A stretch of 64,000 nt of DNA from positions 29,246 to 93,245 of the IMG/VR virus record IMGVR_UViG_3300043395_000420. One strand, 5' to 3'. The DNA comes from a virus. Below are positions 1 through 13,500 of the stretch, one piece after another; within the stretch, counting starts at the first letter, position 1; each line of letters begins with the position of its first letter. Made by a program: the position numbers and the translations under genes. The notes beneath the pieces were generated by a model, which was not told where the DNA came from, searched no databases, and was given only the letters and a program-made list of their open reading frames with translations.

Positions 1-1522
1 TTGCTGCAGAATACTTAGCATCTATCGCTTCCTTGAGAGGGATAAGAGTATCATAAAGTATTTCGGAAACACCATCTGTATAAATACTATTTGTATGTAC
101 TTTACTTTGTACCATCCTACTACGAATCTTTGTGATAAGTTCGTATAAGGGACTGTCACTATCTATACCTGCTTTAGTAAATGTCTTCTCATATTCTTTA
201 ATAAGAGACTCCATAGTACTAAGTAATGAGTTAAGATAGAACGCAGTTTTTAAACTGTCTTTGTTATTTACATCTTTAGATATTTCTCTTAGTTGGTCAT
301 TAATACGTTTAACCATAACATCCAACTGCTCTATACTATTAATAAACGCGAGCATTTGTGCACGTTCATAGGTAGCATCCTGCATTGCTTGGTCTATACC
401 GTTTTGGTAATCCTTTAGTAAAGATCTAATCTCATTAATATCTTTACGTTCATATTCATTCTTAAGTTCCGACAGGGCCTCTCTAAACTCCCGGTCATTC
501 TTCATCTTCTTAAGTATAGATTGTACACGGTCATATAAGCTACTAATAGAACTCTGTAGTTTACCTTCATTACGAAGAGTAATCAGGTCATTAATAAACT
601 TATCATGGTCAGCCGCATATGCCGCAAAAGAGTCATCAGTTACAAGTTCTTTATTAAAGGTAAACTGGTTATTGGCCTCAAGCATCCGGGCTAATTCAAG
701 TATAGAAGTAGATTCAGATAAGGAAGATATGTCAATACGTTTACCAAAGATCTTACGTAGTGCTTGTTTAATAGCATATAATATTTTCTGTACTATGGAT
801 GAGAGATTGGGAGAAATATTTTGTTGTAGAGATTTTAGGTTGGCAATGTCAGTTAACGTTTTTACTATCACCTCCTCTGCAAAGTATTCTGTCCCTTCTG
901 CTAATGACGGATGAGATGCCTTGACATCTTCAATAATCTGTGGGTTGGTAGCAGATATTTCAGCATATAGTTTATCAAACAAAGATTTATTTTCTTTTGC
1001 TAGGGCCCTTACTATAGGATGACAGAACTCATGGAATACTGTCTTAGCCGTTACAAAGTCATTTACTAGATATACTGTATCTCCTAGAAAGAATCCGGGT
1101 TTACCATTTCTATACTGGTTTTCCGGTGCTAGATTAGCAGTTATTGCTGCTGCTTCTTCTGCTGTAACCATTCTATACTGTATACCAAGGTTACGTTGTA
1201 ATGCTTCTGCTATTTCTATTATTGCAGATCTAGATGACAGGTCTTTAAATACTTCTTTGTTTACTACAGGTTCTGCCATTACATGGTAGTCAGGTCTTCC
1301 GGCAACATATTGTCCGAAACCATCATACGTATCTGTAACTACTTGTTTATCAGATAGTTCTAATGCATAACCTTGATCGTTTAGTACAGGTAAGAACTCT
1401 TCAGGGGTAGGTAAACTATCCATGTTACGTTCTTTAGCATAGCGTAATGCCTTGTCAGCAAGATGCTGTCCAAACTTTTCTTTTAACGCGTCAAATTCCG
1501 GGGTGTTTCTACTGCAAGCCAT
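1..1522 (-). CDS. Large virion cargo protein with N-terminal zincin-like domain (partial, runs off the window start)
   Basis: Not in the ORF track. Manual translation from ATG at 1522 gives MACSRNTPEFDALKEKFG...TVFHEFCHPIVRAL...FAEEVIV. HExxH at 1019-1033 plus a downstream EE. TAATG overlap with the RNAP stop. Position matches the third large crAss-like cargo gene. Confidence 0.85.
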   Translation of the reverse strand, partial: MACSRNTPEFDALKEKFGQHLADKALRYAKERNMDSLPTPEEFLPVLNDQGYALELSDKQVVTDTYDGFGQYVAGRPDYHVMAEPVVNKEVFKDLSSRSAIIEIAEALQRNLGIQYRMVTAEEAAAITANLAPENQYRNGKPGFFLGDTVYLVNDFVTAKTVFHEFCHPIVRALAKENKSLFDKLYAEISATNPQIIEDVKASHPSLAEGTEYFAEEVIVKTLTDIANLKSLQQNISPNLSSIVQKILYAIKQALRKIFGKRIDISSLSESTSILELARMLEANNQFTFNKELVTDDSFAAYAADHDKFINDLITLRNEGKLQSSISSLYDRVQSILKKMKNDREFREALSELKNEYERKDINEIRSLLKDYQNGIDQAMQDATYERAQMLAFINSIEQLDVMVKRINDQLREISKDVNNKDSLKTAFYLNSLLSTMESLIKEYEKTFTKAGIDSDSPLYELITKIRSRMVQSKVHTNSIYTDGVSEILYDTLIPLKEAIDAKYSAA

Positions 1523-4500
1523 TATATACTACAACTTAAAATATCATTTAATATGTCATTAGTTACTTCGGTGTCTGATACTACCTGGTCTCTTTGAACT
1601 TTTTCCGACATCTCTACAGAACCTTTAGCAAATACTCGTGGTAAAGAATTAGGATTTATATAACCAAATGCATCATACAGCCTCTCAGACAAATATACGA
1701 AAGTTTTAGGTGCGGATTGTGGATTTGCCGGTACATTTTCTTCAACAGAACCTATAACCATTCCATTTTCTTCCCATCTATTAATCATAGACTGACCCAT
1801 ACCTCTAAAATTAAATCTTAATACTTTGTCAGGATTAAGTTTCATTTTTTCTACTAGGGCCTGAATAGCAGCATCTATCTGTTGAATGTTATAGTTATAC
1901 TCTTCTTCAGTTTCTTCTACTAGTAAACCTGAAGGTGTAATAGTATTAGTTGTTTTATTCAATGTTCCCTTTGGTTTTCCTGTTTTAGGATCTACGGGTA
2001 TTGCTAAGAACTTAGTAGGTATTCCAAAATAGTTATCTGGTCCTAGACCTGCTAAAACGGCTGATGTTTTATTTAGATCTGTAGTATTAGCAGTACGGCC
2101 AGGTTTTGCCATTACGGTATCAGTTACAAATATTACATTAGGATTAGCCTCTTTAATCTTTTGAATATCAACAGGTTTAAGATTATCAGGAGTTAATGTA
2201 AAATCATATACAGGTATGCCGGTTCCGTTTTGTAAACCTACCATGAACCCATTAGGATTAGATGCTTGTGTAGGTTGAGTAATAGTAGACTTTGATACTA
2301 TTTGCTGGTTAGTACTTACAGAAATTTGAGTAGGTTTAGACCAAGTACCAATAACTTGTCCATCTACTGTAATTTCAGAGTAATTATATCCAGCTTGTTT
2401 CATAGCATCATATAATCTTTTTTCTCCTGTGTTATAGTCACTAGCGTCAGTATAGGCTTTGTTATCTGTAAGAATAGTAGCACCTGCTTCAACAGCCTTA
2501 ATAGCTTCAGCTATTGTTCTATCTTGTTGAGTTTTTTGCTGTTCTTCAGTACCTCTTTTACCACCAATAGATACAAAAATTACATCATTAACTGAATAGT
2601 TACCTGTATTAGCAAAATTACCAGCTTGTTCTCTATATAAATCTGTAGAACTGCCCTTTATACCTTCTCCAAATCCTATATATTGTGTAGCTATGCTGGC
2701 TTTAATAACTGCTTTTTTATCAGCAGCTTGTATAGGTTTTACCGTAAATATATTTTTCTTAGTAAATTTATCACCTGTACTTACAGGAGCTTGTGATTGA
2801 GATGGTTGTACTACTTCAAATTCTATAGCATAAGGATAATTACCCACATGTCTATCTGTAACAGATTTAACCCAACCTTCTTTTTGCCAAGTAGCATCTT
2901 GATACTCTTGTGTAAAAGGAGATACTTTAGTAATTCTAGTATAAACTTGTCTACCTGTATTATCAGTCATCCGGATAACTTTACCAACTAAGTCTTCAAT
3001 TTTAGAAAGATTATAGTCTTTCATCATTCTAGAAACATCAGTCTTAGCTCTAGTAGTTCTAGTTCTATCTCCAGAAATAATAAGATCCATGGTAGATTTA
3101 TCTTTAAACTGTGGTTGCATAGTTCTTGTTTTCCACACATCTCCTTCTTTATATTTAGAACCATCGGCAAAATTTTGTTCAATAGCTGGTAAACTATCAG
3201 CTACAATAAACTCATTACTTACAGGTTCTTGTGCAGGTTCTTCACCAACAATTTCTGGAGTACCTAATTTTTGACTAGTAGCAATATAGACCATATCAGT
3301 TGCTCTAGATACAGCCACATATTTTAATTCTTGCTGTACGTTTTTGTCTTTGAAACTGTTAATAGTATCATCTAATATCAATACTTTAGTATAAGTACCT
3401 CCTTGAGATTTGTGAATAGTATGAGCATACCCGTAGTCAAAAGTTTGATTAAATAAAGTTTTACCATTTTGAATAACAGGTTTCATTGAAGTTATGGCAT
3501 TTTCATAGTCAGATGCTTTTTGAAAATATGATGCTGCAGCACGAATATCTCCATCTTTTTTTAACCTAGCCCCTGCTTCTCTTAAATCTTTAATAGTTTT
3601 TGATAATCTTATTAGTTTAGAATCATCATCATTAACATCTGCTACAAATATTACTTCTGGTTTTTCATCGGCTTTTCCTAATAGATTTTGAATAGTTACC
3701 TTATAACCTTTAAATTCAACTTTATCACCCAATAAATCTAAAGTTACAGTAGAAGGTTTTATATCTAATACTTCATAGTCACCACTATTCATTATTTTAT
3801 ACTGACCTGTTCTATAATTTTTATCAAAGTTACTTCTTCCCATTATCAGGTCTCCGACAACAAGTTGCTGTTGAGCAGCATCTCCAAAAAGTAATTTTCT
3901 AACTTCTTTATTTTTAGCAGTTACTACAGCATTAGTAGCAGATAAAATTCTAAAGTATAACTTATTTTTTGCAAACTCTGGACTTAAGAAGTTTTCTTTA
4001 ACAGCTTCGTTTACAAATGTATTGTTATCACCATAAACTACTCCTATACCATTAACTACTTTTGTTTTATAGTTAAGTTCTTTACCATTACGCAAATTAG
4101 TAGACTCTTCTAAAATAGGGTTGTCTCCTGTTCTTTCTACCTTAGTTAATTGCAACTGGGTTCCTTTATCAAAAACTTTTGATAGGTTATCTTGTCCTAC
4201 AGGTCTTAACTGTGCAGGATCTCCCATGTATATAATTTTAAGATTAGAATTTTTCTTTTTTTCTTCTTGAATAAAAGCAAATAAACCATCAGCAACCATT
4301 GATGCTTCGTCTAGTATAAGCACGGTAGACTCGTCTGGTTTTAATACACCTTTATTTTGTTTAGCAAAGTTTAGTTTTGCAAGATCATACTCTTCTTCAA
4401 AATTAAAATCAGGATTTAAACCAAACAATGAATGTAATGTATACACTCTTACATCTGGATTTTTAAGTTTTGTTACAGCATTTGCTCTATTAGTAGGAGA

Positions 4501-7500
4501 TGTATAAATAATAGAATCTAATGATACCCTTTGCAGGTATGCATCAAATATTTTCATAATACTAGTCTTACCTGTACCGGCATATCCTTTTAAAGTAATC
4601 TGATTATCATAAGCAGCAGGGTTTTTATAAAACTTTTCTAGTTCTAATAAAGCCTCTGTCTGTTGATCATTTAATTTAAACGGTGTGCTAATAGTAACAC
4701 CGTCACTAAATGTCATAGTATTAGCAGGTTGTGATTGATTAGGACTAATTTGACTAGACTTAGGCTGTCTGAATGGTTGTTTATTTTGAGGATCAATATT
4801 TGGATTATTATTATAAGCAGCTAATAATTTTTCTTTTGCTGACTTTTTACCCTTATAGTTTAATACATCAACACCAACACCGTTTTCTACTTTTATTTTA
4901 TACATTGCTCCAAAGTACTTATAGTCATCTTCAAAAGATGTAGGTGTTTCTTCAAATAATTCAAATATGCTTTCTTCTTCAGTTTCAAACTTGTAACCTG
5001 TTTTCTCTAGAATATCTACAAACTCTTTAATAACAGCATCTTTTTTAGAACTAAGTACAACATTTGCAAAGTTTGGATCATAGAAAGTTCTAAATCTCTT
5101 CGCAATATTACTTTTTGCTTGAGAGTTAGTTCCTATAAATATCTTTCTATACTGATCAAATAATAGTTCTGTTAGTTTATTATTTGAATTAGGTACTGCT
5201 TCTAACTGAGTTACGGTATCAATAAACTTACTAACTGGTTCAGCTAGTAGTTCTGATATAACTTTGCTATCTGCAATACTTAATATACTAAATGTACTAT
5301 TAGGATTACTTCCACTTTGTAAGTATGCAACAACATCAAATCTATTAAAGAACTTACTGATATTCTCAGCATCAATGGCAGATATACCAAACTTATCTTG
5401 TAGAATACTAGGGTTCTTTAGTTCATTTAAGTTTTCAGAATATAGATTCTTCTGGTCAATTTCTAATAATGTATCCCTAAACCGTAATGTATTTACGTTT
5501 GCTTTAACATAACTAGAATATGATGATGCCATACTAGAGAATACATCTACTTCTAATGCAGATAATAGATCATAGTATTCTGTAATCTTTTTGAAAGCCG
5601 GATTAGATACAATTTGATCATACTGATATGCATAAGAGTTATTTCCGGTAAATATCCAATACGGTAGATTTATATTATTAAGAGCATGATTACGTAAATA
5701 TGTTTCATACGCCCAAAGTTTTACAGTTTCCTTATTAATGGTGGTAGATTCACCCTTACGTAGTAAAGTTTTGTCTAGATATTTTTCAGATAGTTCTTTT
5801 TCTATCTTCATGTACTCTGCACTTAATGCAACAACAGAGTATTTATAGTTAGGTAATGCTCTTAAACTCTCTCTTTCATATAAGTATTTCTTGTACATAT
5901 CTGCTTCATTTACTCCGGTAAACACATTAGCAGGTAAAGGAGCAACATCTGCATCTAAATACTGTAACTCATTGGAATAGAACTTGTTATATAAGTTTTC
6001 AGCTATAGAGTTTTGATCAACATATATCTTTCCGTCTTTATAAATAGCTGCTCTTCTTGCATAAGGAACTGTAGCAACATCTAACTCAGAGTTTAATACA
6101 TAACTTCTATAGTGTTTATTACTAGGTAATGTAAAGTACCAGTTATAAAATATATAAGGACTAAGTTGCTTCTTGAAATTATCAATTACGGAAGCCTTAT
6201 CAAATGTTACATTTACTCTAGTTTCTCCCATTCTCATACCACTTATATAAGATTCAATATTGGGTTTAGCAAAATATGAATTTATAGAAGTTGAGTTACT
6301 TAAAGGGAAGAAAGGTTCGTATAAACCAATCATAAACTCTTGTATTTTAAAACTACCGATAGGTGAGTTTTTAATAATACTTTCATAAACATCAGGATCC
6401 AAACCTTTAAACTGAGATGCTTTAATATCTTTTCTTAACTGAACTCTAGCATCGTGTAAAGAACTACTTCTTGTAGTATCAAATTTAGTAGCCTGCTTAA
6501 TCTCTGTTAAACCTTTAGACATCTCCAGGATTTCCATAAAATGTAAAAATACATTTCTATCAAAATCTGTATATACGTCTTTGGTTTTATCATCATTAAG
6601 GTTATCTAAATTATCTTCTAATGCCTTTTCATTAAAATAGTTTTCATCAAGATTAGTAAGAGCAATACGGAAATAGTCGTATAGTTTATTTTTAGCAACT
6701 CTTACTTTACCATTAATAGCATTGTATCTATAGTTCTTTGAGTTATCAGGATAAAAACTTTCTTCATTTAATCCAAATCCGTATTTAGAATTTTCTCCAA
6801 ACAAAATACTATCTCTAGCATCAGTATTATGCTGATTAAGTTCAGACTCTTTTCCTAGTACACTAGAGAAAGTTCCTTTTCTAGAACGAGCATCTGTAAT
6901 ATACTCACGTATAATTGGTTGTGATAAGAATAATACAGCTTGGTTAATGGGTACCCCGGTTTGAATTAAGAATAATAATACAGGAGTAAGTTCTTTATTA
7001 CCCTGTAAGTCAAAGATCCATTCGTCTTTTTCTACGTCAACCCAACCATTAATCAACTGGTTAAACAAGTCAGATATCTTATAGAAGTTATTTTTATCAT
7101 AACTATGTGATAATGAGATTCTTTGTTCTCCATTTACATTCATAGTATTATGAGGTAATAATAACACATTACGCATTAAATCACCTGCTTCATTAATTAC
7201 TTTTACATCTGACATGTAAGCACCGATACGGTTAAATACTACGTTAAATGTATTATCTACTGCACCAATACCAAGGGCTTGTTTACCTACAGAGTTATAC
7301 TCTAATTTAGCAAGGTTATACAAAGGCTCATATATACGAGTAGGAGAGAATCCGTTTGGTTCTCCGTTAAATCTTTTCTTTGACGAGTATACACGAGTTT
7401 TGTCTCTGAGTTTTTCTGATATAGGTTTAACAATAGTTGTACTATTAGGGGTAATTAAACTTACAAAGTTTTCAGGATCTAATATAAGATCTTTAGTAGC

Positions 7501-10500
7501 AAGTAATAACTGGTTTTCATATGCAGCCTCATTATCCATTTTCTTAATGAAGGCCTCTTCTGATGTAGCAAGATTATAGTTTTTAAGTATTTCTATAATT
7601 TCACTTTCAGTATAACCCATATCAAACCATTCTTCTCCTAGAGCAGCAGTAAGTATTGTATTTAATAGTTTATTAGACTGTTCAATATCAGTAGAGAATC
7701 TTTTAACAGTAGGACTTACATCACGCGTTAAAGCTCTACGTACAACATCTTTATCATATACTAAGTTACCTAGTTCATCTACAGTACTATTAATTACTTT
7801 AAACTCTTCAACTTCTATTGCTTTAGATTTTAAATTTTGGTATAGTTCTTTAAGGGCTGCTTCACCTCTAACATTTGCTATAGTTAGTTTTGAATTACCT
7901 TTTAGACCTTCCCATCTTAGTACTGGCATTTGAATACTAAGTTTATCAATGTCAAAGTCAGCACCAGACTTAGCAACAATTTCAGTTGCTGGTATGATCA
8001 TATTACCTGCTTCTTCTGGTAAGAATTCTGCAACATGCATTACTTCCATAGAGTTCAAACCTTGTACAGGAATACGAACCCCTACCATAGTTATCATGTC
8101 ACGGTTTTTAGATAACCATTTCTCATCTCTAATAATACTGTTTAGAGCATCTAGTTTAGAAATGTTTTCTGCTTTTGCTTTTCTTGTAACCTCGGGTAAA
8201 CTAAGTAACTTTTTAAAATGACCTTGTATAGATATTTTAACCTCCATACCATTACCAGGAGTATAGAACTTCAAATCATTTGTACCAGAGTACTTTCTTC
8301 TTTCTTCTTCTGTTGCATTTCTAAACTTACCTGCCTTTTCAAATCCAGCACTTGATGCCTGAATTAATGCTTCTCCGGTAACTTTTTGACGGATTAATCT
8401 TTTATTTACTACAGCCGTTAAAAGTTTTTCTATCTGTGAACTAAAGTTAGACAGATCAAGATTAACCATAGGGGCACTCTTTAATGCATCTATGAACTCT
8501 AACTCGTTATCAGATATTTCTTGACGGGTAAGTTGTTTTTCTATAAAGTCAATAAACTTAGTAAGATCTTTAGGACCTTTATCTGTCCAACCTAATTCTT
8601 CAACAAGTTGTTTTTTCTTAAACTCTGTAAGTTGTTTTAGAGCAGACTCATATCTTAAAATCTTAGTATATAGTTTAGACTCTGATTTTTTTACAGATTC
8701 ATCTTTTATAGCATTCCATGCATCATATCTTTCTGTTAAGTCTGTAATTTCTGGTTTAAAATCTACAGGTACTCCATTTTCAAAAGAACCTTCTTCTACA
8801 AGTTTACGTAACTGAGTAGAGAATATAATCTTCTCTTTAAACTCTGGCGCAACTTCTACTTGGTCTTTTAAATAATCTAAATAGATAACGTTCTTGCTAA
8901 AGGTAAATTCTGGTTCATTTAAAGCCAACCAACCTTCTTTGTTTGCATAAAACTTATCAAAGTTTCCATCATTAGTAACAGTTGCAAGTTTAGATCCTGA
9001 TGCAAATACAGCATAATCTATATCTTGCTCTACCATTTTATTATGTAGTTGTTCTAGTTTAGTACCTTTAACTACTGTAGGGATTAATGGCATTAATGAA
9101 AACTTATGAAATGCTTCTACAGGTAAACCGGTTGTAGCCAATGTTCCCCAGTACTGCATCTTTTTAATAGGAAAGAAGTTTGCAATATCTTCTGCAGAGA
9201 CATCATCTCCATTTAGAATTCTAACATATAACTTTTCATGAAGAGTTGTCCATTTATCTAAACCTCTCATCATCAATCTATAAGCATCAAAACTAATCCA
9301 TCCTTGAGCATCTCCTTCTTTCATTCCAGCATATGCATCATCAAATATATTATCTATATTTTGCATTGCTTTATTAATAGTATCCTGAGACGCGTTGGTT
9401 TTAGCAAGACGTTTTCTTTCTTTATCTTTTGCTGCTTTCTTATACTCATCAATATATACAGATGTGCTTACTACATCGGCTAATACTGCAGTATTAAATG
9501 TACCATTATAATCACGTTGACCTACAGTTGTACCATCTGCTTTTGTTTTGGGTCCGGTGTACCATGCAGATTCGGCATACTTACCTTTCTTAGCAGGTTT
9601 ATTTACATAGTTTTGGAAATGTATGTCTGTTCTAGGAGTTTCTCCAGTTGATCCGATACCGGCATTACGTTTATGATACTCTTCTTTTGAGTGATTATAT
9701 ATACCAGGATCTCCATAGTATACAAGACCTGTTTCAATATTATGTAATAACTGATTAGCTGTATATGCTTCTATCAATTGACGGCTAAGTTCTTCTCGAG
9801 TATACTCTTTTGTGTCTCCTACAATTTTTAATATATTAGGAGATAATAAATATCTAGAATCAAAAATACCTTCTTTTTTAAACTTATCTATTACTTGTTG
9901 ATATTGATTCTCTAAGTAACTATTTACCTGATTCTGATATGTATTAGCAAACTTTTCATTAGTATTTAATAGGTTCTTGAAATCTGCTGCTGTGGTAATA
10001 GTTCCCTTATCAATAAGGTTATAAATTTCTGTTTTTTGATCTTCGGTTAAGATATCATCAAACATGATAAACTTAGAACCTACTTCTGCAAGAGTTACAG
10101 GTTTACCTTTCTTTTCATATAAAACTATATTTTTAGCATCAGGATCTGTTTTTGCCTTATGAATTCTTTCAACTTCAGAACTTAAATAACCCATGTATGC
10201 AGCAAGAACTTTAGATTTTCCTGTACTAGATGTTGGATCTTTTGATGCAAACATTTTAGGATTAACATAGTGCTTTGATCCATCTGCGTGTATAATCTGA
10301 TATAGGAAAGTACTACTCTTACCTGCGTGACGTGTTGCTTCAGATGTACCATAGATCATCATCATATAGAAGTCTTGTAGCATTTTAGTAGTCATATCCG
10401 AGTCTGATGACTTAAGACCTACTAAATCTATTTGCTCTCCTATACGCATCTTTGTGCCGTCCATATCAAGAATATTAATTCTTGCATTTAAAACTTTACC

Positions 10501-13500
10501 GGTAGCAGTTACACCTTGGCGTTTAATTTTTTCAGGAGTACTCATGTCAAAAAGAATGTTCATGAGCATACTGTTTTGCATCCAAGGATTTCTATTCAAT
10601 GAAAGATTATTCATTATGTAAATAGGCATACCATTTACATTCTCTGTATTGTCTCTTACTAAATCTTCATAATTAATAGCATTGTTGATACTATCTGTTT
10701 TTCTGGTAATTGTGTTGGGTAATGAGTTTTCATACTTAGTTTTACCAGTAGTAGTTGTAATTGTACTATTAGAAAAATCTCCTGTCCACTGTAAATATAA
10801 ATTACCTAATGTAGTTTTAAAACCTGTAAAAGGTTGAAAAGTAGATTCTTTATACTGAGATTCTTGTTTTAAAAAGGCTTCTCTTAGAGACTTATCTTGT
10901 ACAAGTTTATCAAATGATTTATCAAGTAAGTCTGTTACTCTTGTAAGTTTTATAGGTTCTGCACCTGGTCTATTTAATTTTAACCAGGTATTAAATGCAT
11001 TTATTGCTCTTACTTTATTTTTTAAACCGTTGATTTCGTACAAGTTACCGTTTTCTTTACTAGACAAAGCATTCTTAACAACACTTAATTCTGGCATATA
11101 TAAACCAATAGCCTTTAAAAATGTAATAGGATCTTTTGAAATTACACTAGTAGACATGTATAGGTCTGATGTAAGTTGTTCAATATTAATACTTACAGCC
11201 CCTGTATCAGATGCCTTTACTCTATAAGGTTCTGTTTCACCAGATCTTGTAAATCTAGAGTTAAACAACTTAAATACTTTACTGCTTTCACGACTAGCAT
11301 TTCCAGGACGGATTGTTATATAACTTATATTACCCTTACTGTCTTTAGTTTGCTCAATATCTAAGTTTACAACATTAATTCTAGGTAAGGTAAACAGTTT
11401 ATTTATTTGTCCCCACATACTGTTTTCTAACTCACCTTTAATATTATCAGGATTACCAACCTTCTTTAAGAATGCTTTTACAATAGGAAATAGTTCTTCT
11501 ACTTCCTTTAGTTTATCATAAATTTCTTTAGGGTTACGGGCCCCTTGTGTAATATTTATTAATAAGTTTTGTGCAGTACGTGCTGGTACCATCTTAGGGA
11601 AACCTAAGTCATTCTTCTCAACCTCTCCATTATCATTATATGCTATTAATGTAGACAATGTATAAGATAACTTCTTGTCTATCATGTTATTAATAGAAAC
11701 TTCATTTCCGGACTTATCAGCATATTCTGATCTAGATGTTGTATTATCGTCTTTATCAGCCATGTCTGGTTCAAATGACTGGATATAGTTTTTTTCATAG
11801 TAACTAAGGATTGTTTCTCCTTCTTTAGGATTCATAGGATCCCCGAAGTTGTCTAACATCCATGTTGCTAAATCTATACGGCTTTTTATTTTAATCTTTC
11901 TTTTTTCTGCAGCCTTCTCATATTTTTCTTTTAAACTCTCAATATGGTTTACTAGCTTTTCCTGTACTTTTAAATATGCTGCCTTACGCATTGATGCCTC
12001 AGATATAATACCTATAGTTAAACCTTTAGTATTATACTCATCATTAAGGTCATCAATACTTTCTGACATCAAACCATTCATGCTTTTCATGATAACAGCA
12101 GTGTCGGATAATGATCTGTTTTTAATTTTATTAAGACCGGTTTCTATAAATACAGCATCTGGTTCAAAGACCGGCTCTCCTAATTTACCTACAGCAAGTT
12201 TTTCAAACATCTCTGCTACTTTAGCATTTGCTGTATAGTCTGCTTGGGTTTCTCTAATAGTTGTGTTACTAAATAAATACTGTAATAACTCAAATATCTT
12301 ACTGAAAATCTCTGCAATAATACCTTTGCTCTTGGAGTACTTACCTTTTCCACCACGTAGCATGTGTTCGCGGAACTGTTCTGCTAACCATTCTTCTTTT
12401 TCTAACTTGGTAGCATTTTTAAATTCAACAGTTTTACCGTTATAATTTTCAAATGATCCTTTCATTTGACCAACTGCGTTGTAAAGATCTTCTCTTTGTT
12501 TAGCAGTTAAAAATATTTGAGAAAATGCATGCCATGCCTCATGGTATAAATCAGAAGCATCTGCCCCTTGCCATAAAGTAATACCTGCTAAATTCCAATG
12601 TGCTACTACAGAAGGATCTGTATTAACTGCATCAAACATTACTGATATCGGTACTACATCTGATAACATTCTACCATCAGCAAGTCTGATACTATTATAC
12701 CAGGGTAATGCTGCATTAATAACATCTTGAGATGACTTAGCAGTACTTGGTTTTCTACCTGCTCTTAGTAACAAACTGTCATCTATAAGATTATTTTTCT
12801 TGATTGTATTACTTGCAGATTGGGTTTTAGTTTCAGGTTTTACTTCAGGTATTTTCATACCTAAACTTTCTAAAGCTCGTTTATTAATTTCGTTTTCATA
12901 ATCTGCTGTTGTGGTTGTGCCAGAAACAGATTTATCAAACTCAGTTCTTGAAAGTTGAGAATGTTGATATTCATGTTCTATAACAAAAGACTCCCATTCT
13001 TCATATGTTTTAAACATATCTTCAGGAAAGGCATTTGCACTAGAACCATCTTTTTGTATGCGGGGTGTTGTCCAGGCTTTACTTTCAAACTTACTTTTTA
13101 ATACTGGTTTATTAACGTATATGGTATTATTAGTGCTATTATACTGTGCTCCACCTGGTTCTCCTGTCTTAGAAGTTATTGCCTTTTCTATAATAGGAAC
13201 ACCTTTATAATTTTCTTGAGTACTTTTTGTAATTTCTTTTTTAGTTACTGTACCTGGCATGAATTCTAAATAAGCATTCATTGGTACAAAGTCTCCATTT
13301 TCAACTTTATTTGCTACATAAGCATGCTGTCTTATAAATTCACCATAAGGAATAGTATCAATTTTTGCAGTATATGTACCATCAGCGTTTTGACGTACAT
13401 TACTAAATGTACGCACGGTTGTCATATTATTTTTATATAGATATAGACCGCCTCCCTCGTTATTTACTATAGCATCTGCTATTAAATCTCTAGCATTTGT

